From the NCBI GenBank assembly GCA_964390845.1, contig CAYMIL010000002.1:33885-97884 (forward strand): 64,000 bases of DNA. Reading direction: 5' to 3'. This stretch comes from an uncultured Candidatus Saccharibacteria bacterium. Its GTDB lineage: Bacteria; Patescibacteriota; Minisyncoccia; Phycocordibacterales; CALRHW01. Below, piece after piece: positions 42,568 through 52,213 of the stretch. The translations under genes and the position numbers were made by a program. Positions within the stretch are counted from its first letter, which is position 1; the number at the start of each line of letters is the position of its first letter. The notes under the pieces are model-generated. The model was not told where the DNA came from. It saw nothing but the letters and a program-made list of their open reading frames with translations, and did not search any database.

Positions 42568-43788
42568 CTAGATAGCGTCAACAAGAGAATACATCGGTCC
42601 AAGCATAGAGATTGCAAAGAATCCGACCGCGATACCAATAAACACCATAAGAAACGGCTCAATGATTGTCGACATATCTTTTGTCTTTTGGTCGACCTCA
42701 TCCTCGTAAAACTGAGCAACGTTTGTAAACATTTCAGACAATTTTCCAGTTTCTTCGCCAATACTCGTCATTTCACCCACAAACACGGGGTACAGTTTCT
42801 CGTGCGCAAGGAAGATGCCCGACATCGGCTCTCCTTTCTCGACACTACTTTCTGCCTCTGCAAGCACTGTTTTGTAATAAGAGTTTTGAATCACATCTTT
42901 TGTAATACGAATGGCTACCAGCACATCAACACCTGAGGACAGGAGGGAGGAGAGGGTGCGCGCTGTTCGAGCGGCGTTTACGTTTTTTACAATTGGTGAA
43001 ACAAGTGGAATATGAAGGACGATTGTATCAAGTGTGCGCTTACCTGAAGCAGTACGCGCAAAGAGATATACACCACACGCAAGCGCAATGAGCGAGCCGA
43101 GGGAAATTAAAATATTGTTTTTCAAAAAATCAGAGAGGAAGATTACGATGCGCGTCGACAGCGGAAGTGTAAGCTTAAGCTCGCGAAACGTTGCGGTGAG
43201 TGTCGGCACAAGATACACAAGCATAAGAACACCGATAACAAGCATAATGGAAAGTACGATACCAGGATAAATGAGCGCGCCGCGCACCTTTTTCGTCAGC
43301 AAATATGCCTTCTCAAGCTGGTCAGCAACTGTTTTAAGGGCGATAGTAAGCGTACCACTCTGCTCTCCAGACTTTACCATCGAGACGAAAAGTGTCGAAA
43401 ATGCCGACGGATGCTTTACCATTGCCTCACTAAGCTCACTTCCCTTGCTAATATCTGCCGAGAGGTTTGCGATGACACTCTTAAGTTTCTTATTCTTTGC
43501 TTGACGTTCCATCACAGAAAGAGCACGAGCCATCGGCAAACCCGCGGTAATCATCGTGCCAAGATTGCGCGCAAACAAAATACGGTCAATTGTTTTGACA
43601 CTTCCACCCTGAAGGCTCGCGAAAGCACTCGCAAGAAACCCTGAACGCTGTTTTTTTTCTTCTGCAAAGGTAACCGTTCCACCCTCCCCCTTTATCTGAC
43701 TATACAGCGCAGATTTATTTGCGGCCTCTTGCTCACCTTCATATCGCTCACCCGACGCATTAATAGCTTTAAATGTAAAAATTGGCAT
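42568..43788 (-). CDS. pilC: type IV pilus assembly platform protein PilC / GspF family
   Basis: Two GspF repeats, three TM helices; directly downstream of pilB. Confidence 0.85.
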   Translation of the reverse strand: MPIFTFKAINASGERYEGEQEAANKSALYSQIKGEGGTVTFAEEKKQRSGFLASAFASLQGGSVKTIDRILFARNLGTMITAGLPMARALSVMERQAKNKKLKSVIANLSADISKGSELSEAMVKHPSAFSTLFVSMVKSGEQSGTLTIALKTVADQLEKAYLLTKKVRGALIYPGIVLSIMLVIGVLMLVYLVPTLTATFRELKLTLPLSTRIVIFLSDFLKNNILISLGSLIALACGVYLFARTASGKRTLDTIVLHIPLVSPIVKNVNAARTARTLSSLLSSGVDVLVAIRITKDVIQNSYYKTVLAEAESSVEKGEPMSGIFLAHEKLYPVFVGEMTSIGEETGKLSEMFTNVAQFYEDEVDQKTKDMSTIIEPFLMVFIGIAVGFFAISMLGPMYSLVDAI

Positions 43789-43791
43789 AGA

Positions 43792-45576
43792 TTATTCTGA
43801 AATTACACGGAGAATTTCTTCGATTGTTGTGTGGCCTTGTACCGCCTTAAAGATGCCATCTTCAATCATTGTGAGCATTCCTTCTGTTTTTGCCTGCTTC
43901 TCAATGTCTTTATCTGTTTTCCCCTGCATCACAAGCTCTTTAATAGCAGGAGAAATTTTTAATATTTCATAAATGCCGACGCGACCACTAAACGCTTCTT
44001 CCTCAGAAGCACCCGCCTTTGGCCGATAAAACGGCACTTTGTCCCATGACACCTTACCCTCAACCACCTGCTCTTCTTTGAGGAACTTGAGTACACGATC
44101 GAGATCGACCGTTTTTTTGAGAGTTTCAATTTCAGCATCTGATAAAAAGTATTTTTCTTTTTTATCTGTGAGCTTTCGAACAAGACGTTGGGCAATGACG
44201 ATGTTGACTGTCGACACAATAAGAAACGGCTCAACCTTCATGTCGATAAGACGTGGGATAGCGCCCGCAGCGGAGTTGGTGTGCAATGTGGAAAGCACGA
44301 GGTGGCCCGTGAGCGACGCGTTGATCGCAAGCGACGCTGTTTCACCGTCTCGAATTTCTCCCACCATAATAATATCCGGATCCTGACGCACCAAGGTGCG
44401 CAACCCCGCAGAAAACGTGAGGCCAATTTCTGGCTTCACCTGTGTTTGGTTAATCCGATTCATCTGATACTCTACAGGATCTTCGATAGTGGAAATATTT
44501 ACATCCGGCGTGTTGAGAATATCGAGCAAGGTGTAGAGGGTTGTTGTTTTTCCAGAACCAGTCGGACCAGTGGTGAGAATCATACCCGTCGTGAGTTTCA
44601 TTGTGTGGTGAATACGCTCAAGCGCTTCTCCATGGAAGCCAAGCGCTTCCAGCGTAAAGCCTGAGGCTGTCTCACGCAACAAACGCATCACTGTCTTCTC
44701 TCCGTAATAGACAGGGAGTGTCGACACACGAAATGACACCTTTTCATTGTTAACCTCAATTTTGAAACGACCATCTTGAGGAAGGCGCTTCTCATCAAGC
44801 TTCAAATTTGCGAGCACTTTAATACGTGCCGTGATACTCGGCGCAATATTTCTCGGCAATGTCATCGCGTCGTGAAGTAGGCCGTCGATTCGGTAACGGA
44901 CAATCACCTGCTGTTCAAGTGGTTCAATATGAATATCGGAAGCATTTTGCAAAATAGCATGCTTGAGCAGTGTGTCGACAATACGCACAACAGGCACGTC
45001 CTCTGCGAGTTTCTTGAGGTCACTTTCAGACACATCCTCTCCCCCCTCATGTTCTTCTACTGTCTTGAGTGAGACCGCATCTTTTTGAATCAAATCGCCA
45101 AATTCTGCCTTGAGACTTTTCTGATACTGCAACAACGCCCCCTTCATCGACTCATTATCTGTAAGGCGGGGCAAAATTTTCAAACCTACTTTCTTTTTTA
45201 CGAAATCAATCGCCGTAAGATCGGCAATATCGAGCATCGCCACCTCAAGCGCGCCAGCAATTTTTTTAAAGGCAACAATGTTGTGGTTGCGAGCAATCGG
45301 CTCTGGCACAAGCGAGAGTACTTCAAAGTCGAGCTTCTGCCCTTTCAAGTCGACAAACGGTATGCCGAGCACGTGCGCGTGAATCCGGCGCAAATCGTCC
45401 TCACTAATCTTTCCTCGACTCACGAGAATTTCTCCAACGCTTACGTCGGTTGCCTTCGATTCTTTTTCTGCATCAGCAAAATCGGCTTTTGAGACAAGGC
45501 CTGCGTCAAGAATAAAATCCTTAAATTGTTTTTCTTCAACGTGCATCTGAACGTAGTGTTGACTTAAGTATAACAA
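43792..45576 (-). CDS. pilB: type IV pilus assembly ATPase PilB / GspE (with N-terminal GSPII_E_N domains)
   Basis: Walker A GPTGSGKTTT, Asp box, Walker B, His box; ORF starts TTG at 45576, an ATG (MHVEEK) lies at 45546. Confidence 0.9.
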   Translation of the reverse strand: MLYLSQHYVQMHVEEKQFKDFILDAGLVSKADFADAEKESKATDVSVGEILVSRGKISEDDLRRIHAHVLGIPFVDLKGQKLDFEVLSLVPEPIARNHNIVAFKKIAGALEVAMLDIADLTAIDFVKKKVGLKILPRLTDNESMKGALLQYQKSLKAEFGDLIQKDAVSLKTVEEHEGGEDVSESDLKKLAEDVPVVRIVDTLLKHAILQNASDIHIEPLEQQVIVRYRIDGLLHDAMTLPRNIAPSITARIKVLANLKLDEKRLPQDGRFKIEVNNEKVSFRVSTLPVYYGEKTVMRLLRETASGFTLEALGFHGEALERIHHTMKLTTGMILTTGPTGSGKTTTLYTLLDILNTPDVNISTIEDPVEYQMNRINQTQVKPEIGLTFSAGLRTLVRQDPDIIMVGEIRDGETASLAINASLTGHLVLSTLHTNSAAGAIPRLIDMKVEPFLIVSTVNIVIAQRLVRKLTDKKEKYFLSDAEIETLKKTVDLDRVLKFLKEEQVVEGKVSWDKVPFYRPKAGASEEEAFSGRVGIYEILKISPAIKELVMQGKTDKDIEKQAKTEGMLTMIEDGIFKAVQGHTTIEEILRVISE

Positions 45577-45630
45577 AAAACACTCACCCTGAAGTGGATA
45601 AGTGTCTTTTGTGTTTAGTGAAAAATGAGA

Positions 45631-46635
45631 TTACTCGATTCGAAGCGCCCAACCAAATCGTGTCTCTCCACAATCATAGTCATTACCAGAGCTCAAACAA
45701 CTTGTTGGTGGCACACCTCCGATACTACCGATTGTTGTGCCGCCAGCGTACACGCCCATGTATACATATGGAGTAGCTGTATACATTTCACGGTCTGCTG
45801 TACTGTCTCCTATCTGATCCATTCGTGTAAGGTTCACAAGCCACTTTGCGCTTGCGCCGCCAGGGAGCGTTGGGCCAGCACCGCTGTTGAGCACATCACC
45901 TGCCCATGATGTAGACCATTTTGATCCATCCACACCGATATTATGTCCCGGCTCGTTTCCATACGCCTCCAAGTATCCGAAGGCAAAAGAGATTGTAGCC
46001 CCAACGCCCGTTGTTTGGTTGGTGCCCGTTCCATATGGAAGCATGACTGATCTCCAATCACCCTGACCGCCCGTACCTGTTGCAGTAAAGACCTTTCCGT
46101 TTGAAGGCGTGCCACCTGTTACCTGAAGTGTTCCCGCAACTTTCACGTTGGTTGAAGACTGGGACATGATGGAGTTTGAAAGTGTCGTGCCGTTTGGAGA
46201 AAAGAACGGAATGTAGTTTGTTGTACCAGAGCCACCAATACCACCTGTACCCCCACCTGATGGCCATGTGTCTTTACATACTCCTCGAATACACAATCCT
46301 CCAGCAGTTGCAGAACCTCCGTTGATGTATCCTTCAGTATTAATTTTATAGTTTGGATCATGTGCTACAGTTCCCGCGATAATTGAGCCTGCGGATGCGC
46401 GAAGCGCAACTTCAGGAGCACCTGTACCTATCACGAGTCCACCAATTTTTGTCTGAGAAGCACTGCTCACATTAATCGGCGCATCACATCCGGGGCTACC
46501 TGATGTACATGCCGGTGGCAATGATGACGGCGCAGACCAGTCTGCGCGAAGTGCGCCGATGCCAACGGTGAGCATAAGCGCGAGTACAATCACTTTCACG
46601 CTCTGCAGAATTTCTTGTTTATTTATGATTTTCAT
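45631..46635 (-). CDS. secreted Gly/Thr-rich protein (334 aa), signal peptide
   Basis: N-terminal hydrophobic signal; low-complexity GGTGG tracts; upstream of pilB on same strand. Confidence 0.45.
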   Translation of the reverse strand: MKIINKQEILQSVKVIVLALMLTVGIGALRADWSAPSSLPPACTSGSPGCDAPINVSSASQTKIGGLVIGTGAPEVALRASAGSIIAGTVAHDPNYKINTEGYINGGSATAGGLCIRGVCKDTWPSGGGTGGIGGSGTTNYIPFFSPNGTTLSNSIMSQSSTNVKVAGTLQVTGGTPSNGKVFTATGTGGQGDWRSVMLPYGTGTNQTTGVGATISFAFGYLEAYGNEPGHNIGVDGSKWSTSWAGDVLNSGAGPTLPGGASAKWLVNLTRMDQIGDSTADREMYTATPYVYMGVYAGGTTIGSIGGVPPTSCLSSGNDYDCGETRFGWALRIE

Positions 46636-46675
46636 ACGTTGTTAATTAATCTATTACTATAAGTATACACCACTA

Positions 46676-46993
46676 CTACCTCATCGAGCCCACAGGGCTT
46701 GTCTCTCGAAGAAACTGTGCCTCCTGCTCCGGCGTCAGCGTCGATGAGACGCTTGCGCTCGACTCTGCGCGAAACTGTTTTTCCTGATCAGTAGAGAGTT
46801 GTGAGCCACTTGATGCGCTCGACTCTGCGCGAAAACGGTCCTCCTGACTCATCTCCGGCTCGCGAGAAGAATTGAAGAATGTAAAAATCGCAGCGAGAAC
46901 GATGAGGCACACGATAAACACAACAATCCAACGAGCCTTGTGCTGTGACGGAGGCATCGGAAACGTCTGTTGTGAGGGTGATTGAAATTCCAT
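46676..46993 (-). CDS. small single-pass membrane protein with tandem 20-aa repeat (FRAESSAS...)
   Basis: TM WIVVFIVCLIVLAAIFTFF; 60-bp DNA tandem repeat at 46745-46865. Confidence 0.4.
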   Translation of the reverse strand: MEFQSPSQQTFPMPPSQHKARWIVVFIVCLIVLAAIFTFFNSSREPEMSQEDRFRAESSASSGSQLSTDQEKQFRAESSASVSSTLTPEQEAQFLRETSPVGSMR

Positions 46994-47004
46994 ATGTGTT
47001 GAGA

Positions 47005-49269
47005 TTAAAATTCGTTAATTGATGGACGAACGATAACTGTCGCCTCCGCTTGAGGACAGACCGCAACATTTCCATTTGCGTCGGTTACCGTGAGCTTTCC
47101 GTGCTTAATACCTGTTGTCTGATAAATCTTTGTAACGGAAACACCTGTTCCAGAAAGTCCGTTATCTCCGCTCCACTGGTATGTAAGCGGAGGCACGCCG
47201 CCAGCAACAGTTCCCACCCACGTAAGTGGCGCATTTACCAAATACGGTGGATCATCCTGAAGCTCACACGTTACATCGATAGGAGCGTCTAGTGTCGGAG
47301 CAATCACTTCGACAGTTACAGTAACTGTGCGTGACGTTGCACCACTCACTCCCGTAAAGACCACGTTGTAAATACCCGGCTCTGCATTTGCCCATGCCGC
47401 GATTGTTACTGTTGTTGAACATGTAGGGTTACATGTTTGAGTAGCCCCCGGAATTGAAACCGTAAGAGGAGTATCTTCGGATATGGATGAAGTAATTGTT
47501 ACAGCCTCACTCACACCCGCATCAAGAATTCGAGAGATCTTTGTTGTCTTTTGAGTACCACGGTCGATAGTAAGATACACGGGCATTGCTGAGAGGTGAA
47601 AATCAAACTTCCCTGAAGGCTTTCCATAGGTAACCTTCGGATATCCATCACTCGAAGAATGCGAACCTCCAAAATACAACCACCCAACAACATCACCGCC
47701 CCACGCATATCCAACAATTCGTCCCGTTGCCGCATGGTATGTAAGGCCACGAGTACCGTCAGTAAATCCAGAAGGATATGTTGGTCCTGAGAGACTTATC
47801 CATCCATCCCACCCTGATGTGAGGTCTCCAAGCACCGCCTTTGCCCACCCTTTTATTGTCATACTGTCAGACTGAAGTGTCGCGTTTTGTGTATATGGCT
47901 CAGCAGAAGAAGGAAAACCTGACAAATTTCCAAACTTAATCCAACCGATTGACGGCGACCATGCGTGTCCAGTGATTGTTCCTGGACCACCCATCGTGCC
48001 GCCGTTATTGATAGTCACAGCAAACGGTTTGTTTGTTGATGTTGTTGTCTGACAGTTGGTTGTCGCCGCAGTACCATCGTCTGCAACACCGTCTACAGTA
48101 GCCACGCCGTTCACAATCGGATACGCATCTTCACAGCTGTTCATTTTTACCCACCCAATATTTGAAGACCATGCCCATCCGAAGACATTTCCTGTCTCCG
48201 CTGTACCCGTAAGTACACACAAACCATTTTCTGCAGTATATCCAGATGGACATGTTCGCTCGCACTTTGTTGCCTTGGTACACGAAGCCACAAGACCCCA
48301 CTGTGTTGGCTGTGTTAGCCCAGTGTCGTCACTTGAACACATCGTTGAGAGCGGGTCGTATGATCCATAACACACGTTTGAAGCAATCGGTATACATGCA
48401 CCATTTGAAAGTGTGTAGCCAGCGGAACATGTCGCTTCACACTTTGCTGATGTACACGAAGACACCGCCGCCCATGATGCAGGACTCGTCAATCCAGAAT
48501 CGTCGCCGGAACACATCGTGGAATTTGACGGCTGACTGCCGGAACATGAATACGTTTCAACATCTCCTCCACCGCCATCAGACTGAGTGATTGGAGAAAT
48601 TTCTCTCCACGCGCTCCATGCCTGCATACAATCTTTCCAATTTCTTACTCCAACCCTCAAACTCTGTCCGTAATATGCGTTACCGCCAGTAGTAAGCCCC
48701 GCGACAAGATTCCACGCAGAATGAATGTCACTTCGCGTGTCAGACCACATCGCGTCAGACACTTCGCTAAAACTCTGATTTGCCAAAATAACAGCGACCT
48801 GCTGTGCATCGCCCACACCAGCATCTGGATCACCGGGAATAGTAATGGAGAGGTTGTTTACACCACTTGCAGAATACACATCAGAGAAGCTTGCCGAAAG
48901 GTATGACGGCGCGACAGGTGCTTCTTGAGTACAGACACCGCCCCCGTCGTCGGTACCATCAGAAAGACCGGAGTCGTCGCTCACACCGATATCGCCACCA
49001 CCAAGACTTGGGGGTGTTTGACACGTTCCCGCACCAGAGGTTGTACACGAGCCTGTTGTTCCTGCGCAGTATCCAGACTGACACTGAGCATTTGAACTAC
49101 AGATACCACCATTTCTTGTGTTGTTGTTACATGAAAGCACCTGAGTTCCCGAAACGCCCTGCACGGGTGTTGCTTGAGAAAATAGGAACAGTCCCGACAA
49201 AAGCACCGCGGCAAGCACTGCGAGCGTGACGAGCTGTTTATTGCGCACAATTCCTCGAATATGTTTCAT
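47005..49269 (-). CDS. large secreted protein (about 754 aa): repeated Cys-rich modules, GW motifs, C-terminal PKD-like domain
   Basis: Signal/TM MKHIRGIVRNKQLVTLAVLAAVLLSGLF; two paralogous about 50-aa modules; GWAWSSNIGWVKM / GHAWSPSIGWIKF / GYAWGGDVVGWLYF; PKD-like YQWSGDNGLSG...LTVTDANG. Confidence 0.55.
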   Translation of the reverse strand: MKHIRGIVRNKQLVTLAVLAAVLLSGLFLFSQATPVQGVSGTQVLSCNNNTRNGGICSSNAQCQSGYCAGTTGSCTTSGAGTCQTPPSLGGGDIGVSDDSGLSDGTDDGGGVCTQEAPVAPSYLSASFSDVYSASGVNNLSITIPGDPDAGVGDAQQVAVILANQSFSEVSDAMWSDTRSDIHSAWNLVAGLTTGGNAYYGQSLRVGVRNWKDCMQAWSAWREISPITQSDGGGGDVETYSCSGSQPSNSTMCSGDDSGLTSPASWAAVSSCTSAKCEATCSAGYTLSNGACIPIASNVCYGSYDPLSTMCSSDDTGLTQPTQWGLVASCTKATKCERTCPSGYTAENGLCVLTGTAETGNVFGWAWSSNIGWVKMNSCEDAYPIVNGVATVDGVADDGTAATTNCQTTTSTNKPFAVTINNGGTMGGPGTITGHAWSPSIGWIKFGNLSGFPSSAEPYTQNATLQSDSMTIKGWAKAVLGDLTSGWDGWISLSGPTYPSGFTDGTRGLTYHAATGRIVGYAWGGDVVGWLYFGGSHSSSDGYPKVTYGKPSGKFDFHLSAMPVYLTIDRGTQKTTKISRILDAGVSEAVTITSSISEDTPLTVSIPGATQTCNPTCSTTVTIAAWANAEPGIYNVVFTGVSGATSRTVTVTVEVIAPTLDAPIDVTCELQDDPPYLVNAPLTWVGTVAGGVPPLTYQWSGDNGLSGTGVSVTKIYQTTGIKHGKLTVTDANGNVAVCPQAEATVIVRPSINEF

Positions 49270-49462
49270 GACAAAAATGGTTAAGTACTCGTTTGAAATT
49301 ATATCACACGACACCTGCTCAGAAGCGCGCTATGCACAGTTTTTGACAGATAAGCCCGACTTGACTTTTCTCTTTCAATTTACTATTATATGTGCATTGA
49401 AGTTCGCCCCCGGCGAGCTCATTTTTTTAGATAACGCCGGTTTCCCGGCAACATACACACAT

Positions 49463-50620
49463 ATGTTAGACCTAAAAGTAATACATTCCGTACTCCACCA
49501 GCTCGAAGAGGAGCGCGGTATTCCGCAGGCAAAAATCCTCGAAGCGATCGAGATGGCGCTCGCGACCGCATACAAGAAAGAATATGGCGAAAAAGGCCAG
49601 ATTGTTCGCGCAAAATTCGACATCAATAGCGGAAAAACAGAGTTTTTCCAGGTGAAAATCGTTGTCGACGACACAACGGTTGTTGTCGCTGACAAAAACG
49701 GCGATGTCGACTTTGAGCGTGCTGAGAAAGAAGAGAAGGACATCTTCAACCCAGAGCACCACATCATGATCGACGATGCTCGAAAGATTAAGAAAGACGT
49801 TACCCTTGGAGAAGAGATGATTTTCCCTCTCGAAGGACGCGAAGAATACGGCCGAATTGCTTCACAGACCGCGAAACAGGTCATTATTCAGAAAATCCGC
49901 GAAGCAGAAAAGACAGCGGTGCTCGGCGAGTATGGTAAACAAGAAGGCCAGATTGTAAACGGCACTGTTCAGCGCATCGAACGTGGCACTATCTTTGTCG
50001 ACATGGGTCGCGCAACAGGTATCCTCTCCTACGAAGACCAGATTCCGGGTGAGCGATACTCTCAGGGTGAGCGCGTACGAGCATACTTGTACCGTGTAGA
50101 GGAAACTCCTCGAGGTGTTTTCCTTCGTCTTTCCCGTTCGCATCCGCAGTTTTTGCAGAAACTCTTTGAGGTTGAAACCCCAGAAATCGGCGCGGGTGTT
50201 GTAGAAATTAAGTCGATTGCACGCGAAGCGGGCTCTCGCACAAAAATTGCTGTTGCATCGACAGATGAACACATCGATCCTGTTGGCTCTATGGTTGGAC
50301 AGCGTGGCGTACGTGTATCGACTGTCATGAGCGAGCTTGGTGGCGAAAAAATCGATATTATTGAGTGGTCAGCAGACTCAAAAAAGTTTGTTGAGGACTC
50401 GCTCTCCCCTGCAAAAGTACTCTCTGTTGAAATTGATGAGACAGAAAAGAAGGCTACCGTAAAGGTTTCTGAAGATCAGCAGTCACTTGCTATAGGTAAG
50501 GGTGGACAAAATGTGCGCCTTGCCGCAAAACTCACTGGCTGGAAAATAGACATCCAGTCTACTGTTGGTGAACACATCGAAGAGACAGATGGCGAAGCAT
50601 CTACTGAAGAATCTCACTAA
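49463..50620 (+). CDS. nusA: transcription termination/antitermination factor NusA
   Basis: N-terminal domain, S1 and two KH domains; start set at MLDLKVIHSVLHQLEEERGI. Confidence 0.9.
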   Translation: MLDLKVIHSVLHQLEEERGIPQAKILEAIEMALATAYKKEYGEKGQIVRAKFDINSGKTEFFQVKIVVDDTTVVVADKNGDVDFERAEKEEKDIFNPEHHIMIDDARKIKKDVTLGEEMIFPLEGREEYGRIASQTAKQVIIQKIREAEKTAVLGEYGKQEGQIVNGTVQRIERGTIFVDMGRATGILSYEDQIPGERYSQGERVRAYLYRVEETPRGVFLRLSRSHPQFLQKLFEVETPEIGAGVVEIKSIAREAGSRTKIAVASTDEHIDPVGSMVGQRGVRVSTVMSELGGEKIDIIEWSADSKKFVEDSLSPAKVLSVEIDETEKKATVKVSEDQQSLAIGKGGQNVRLAAKLTGWKIDIQSTVGEHIEETDGEASTEESH

Positions 50621-50648
50621 ACACATTAACAACTAACCATATTTCACT

Positions 50649-51173
50649 ATGAATTTGTGGCACGATATTGCTCCAGGAACAGCAGAATCAATTACAACAA
50701 TCGTTGAAATCAACAAGGGTTCAAAAAATAAGTACGAGGTAGACAAGGAAACAGGCCTCATTGCTCTCGACCGCGTCCTACACTCATCCCAAGACTTCCC
50801 TTTTGATTACGGCTTTGTACCGCAGACCCTCTGGGACGACGGCGATCCTGTAGACGTTGTACTCCTCACAACCTATCCCCTCATGCCGGGCATGCTTGTG
50901 CGCGTACGACCCGTCGCCATCATGAACATGACCGACAGTGGGGACTCTGACGCAAAGGTTATTGCTGTTCCCGTCGACGACCCTCGCTGGAATGATGTGC
51001 AAGACCTTGGCGACATCAACAAACACACCATAAAAGAAATCGAACACTTCTACGCAACATACAAAAAGCTCCAAAATAAAGAAGTTGTTGTTCATGGATT
51101 TGAAGGAAAAGATAAAGCAATAGAAGCATTTGCTCGAGGTACCGAGTTGTACAAGCAGAAATATCCAAAGTAA
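50649..51173 (+). CDS. ppa: inorganic pyrophosphatase (family I)
   Basis: DYGFVPQTLWDDGDPVDVVLL signature. Confidence 0.92.
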   Translation: MNLWHDIAPGTAESITTIVEINKGSKNKYEVDKETGLIALDRVLHSSQDFPFDYGFVPQTLWDDGDPVDVVLLTTYPLMPGMLVRVRPVAIMNMTDSGDSDAKVIAVPVDDPRWNDVQDLGDINKHTIKEIEHFYATYKKLQNKEVVVHGFEGKDKAIEAFARGTELYKQKYPK

Positions 51174-51197
51174 GCCATACGCTTATCCTCTACAAAA

Positions 51198-51222
51198 AAC
51201 CCGCCTTGCGCGGGTTTTTTGT
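51198..51222 (+). terminator. rho-independent terminator after ppa
   Basis: ACCCGC cttgc GCGGGT + T6. Confidence 0.6.
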
Positions 51223-51259
51223 TATACTTATAGACATATCAGAATTAACAATACAATCT

Positions 51260-51880
51260 ATGAAACATGTAATCATTCCTTTGTGCATTATGGCCGTGGT
51301 GTATACAGTAGCACCGCTTCGCGCGGGAGCAATGGAGCCACAGCGCGGGTTTTTTGATGCACGCGTAAAAGTTGCTTCACCAGAAGATACTGAAAAAATG
51401 CGAGCTCTCAAGCAAGCTCCGACAATGAAACCCGAAATGCGGAAAGTGATGCTCGACGGCGCTACAGGCACACCTCGCGCCCTCCTCAACGCTCACCCAC
51501 GCATGATCGAGCGACTTGAGAAAAAGATGGAGACTGTGTCAGACACACAACGCCCAAAAGTTGAGGCACGATTGCAGAAAGCCGAAGATATTCTCACGGC
51601 GCGCATTGAAGCGGCACTTGAGCGATTTTCCGGCATCGTTGAGCGGCTCGAGTCTCGCATTGATACACTCAAAACAAACGGCGTAGATACAAGCGAAGCA
51701 GAAAAGCATCTTGCAGAAGCAAAGAGTGCGATTGATACAGCATCCGCTGGTCTTTCGGGAGATGCTCGCAGTGCAATACAGGAGATGAAATCAAATCTCT
51801 TCACTATCCGACAACACCTCTCAGAGACTATCGCGAGCCTCAAGGCTGGAGTAAACACCTCAGCAGAACCAACTCTTTAA
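51260..51880 (+). CDS. secreted alpha-helical protein (paralog of C-terminal domain of 52214-53368)
   Basis: Signal peptide MKHVIIPLCIMAVVYTVAPLRAGA; RLESRIDTLKTNGVDTSEAEKHLAEAKSAI aligns with RIESRMEKMRSDGISIAAAEVFVERAKTSA of the dockerin protein. Confidence 0.5.
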   Translation: MKHVIIPLCIMAVVYTVAPLRAGAMEPQRGFFDARVKVASPEDTEKMRALKQAPTMKPEMRKVMLDGATGTPRALLNAHPRMIERLEKKMETVSDTQRPKVEARLQKAEDILTARIEAALERFSGIVERLESRIDTLKTNGVDTSEAEKHLAEAKSAIDTASAGLSGDARSAIQEMKSNLFTIRQHLSETIASLKAGVNTSAEPTL

Positions 51881-51900
51881 TCAACTAACATACACACATT

Positions 51901-52203
51901 ATGGAAACACCACACATGCAGTATCAGCCTCAGCAATCTCAGCAGGCACCAACACCAAAGCGCTCAACAACAGGTCCTGTTATTGGCATTGTCGTAGTAC
52001 TTGCAATGATTGTCGTTGGCGTTTTGTACTTCTGGGGCGAGCGTGTTGATACACTCAACAAAAATCGTGAGTTGCTTCAGAAAGGAGCAGACACGCAGGT
52101 TGAGCAACTTCAGACACAAAGCGCGTCAGATGACCTCACTTCTATCGAAGCAGATCTCGACGCAACCGATATCAATGCAATAGACACTGGCATTAGCAAC
52201 TAA
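51901..52203 (+). CDS. small single-pass membrane protein (paralog of 53373-53669)
   Basis: TM GPVIGIVVVLAMIVVGVLYFW; C-terminal SDDLTSIEADLDATD motif shared with paralog SDDIPSIEADLNATS. Confidence 0.5.
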   Translation: METPHMQYQPQQSQQAPTPKRSTTGPVIGIVVVLAMIVVGVLYFWGERVDTLNKNRELLQKGADTQVEQLQTQSASDDLTSIEADLDATDINAIDTGISN

Positions 52204-52213
52204 CGCATACGTC

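Noticed and set aside
43959-44664. Several ORFs (both strands) inside pilB
   Set aside because: Nested within a gene with complete Walker A/B, Asp and His boxes. No RBS or signals.
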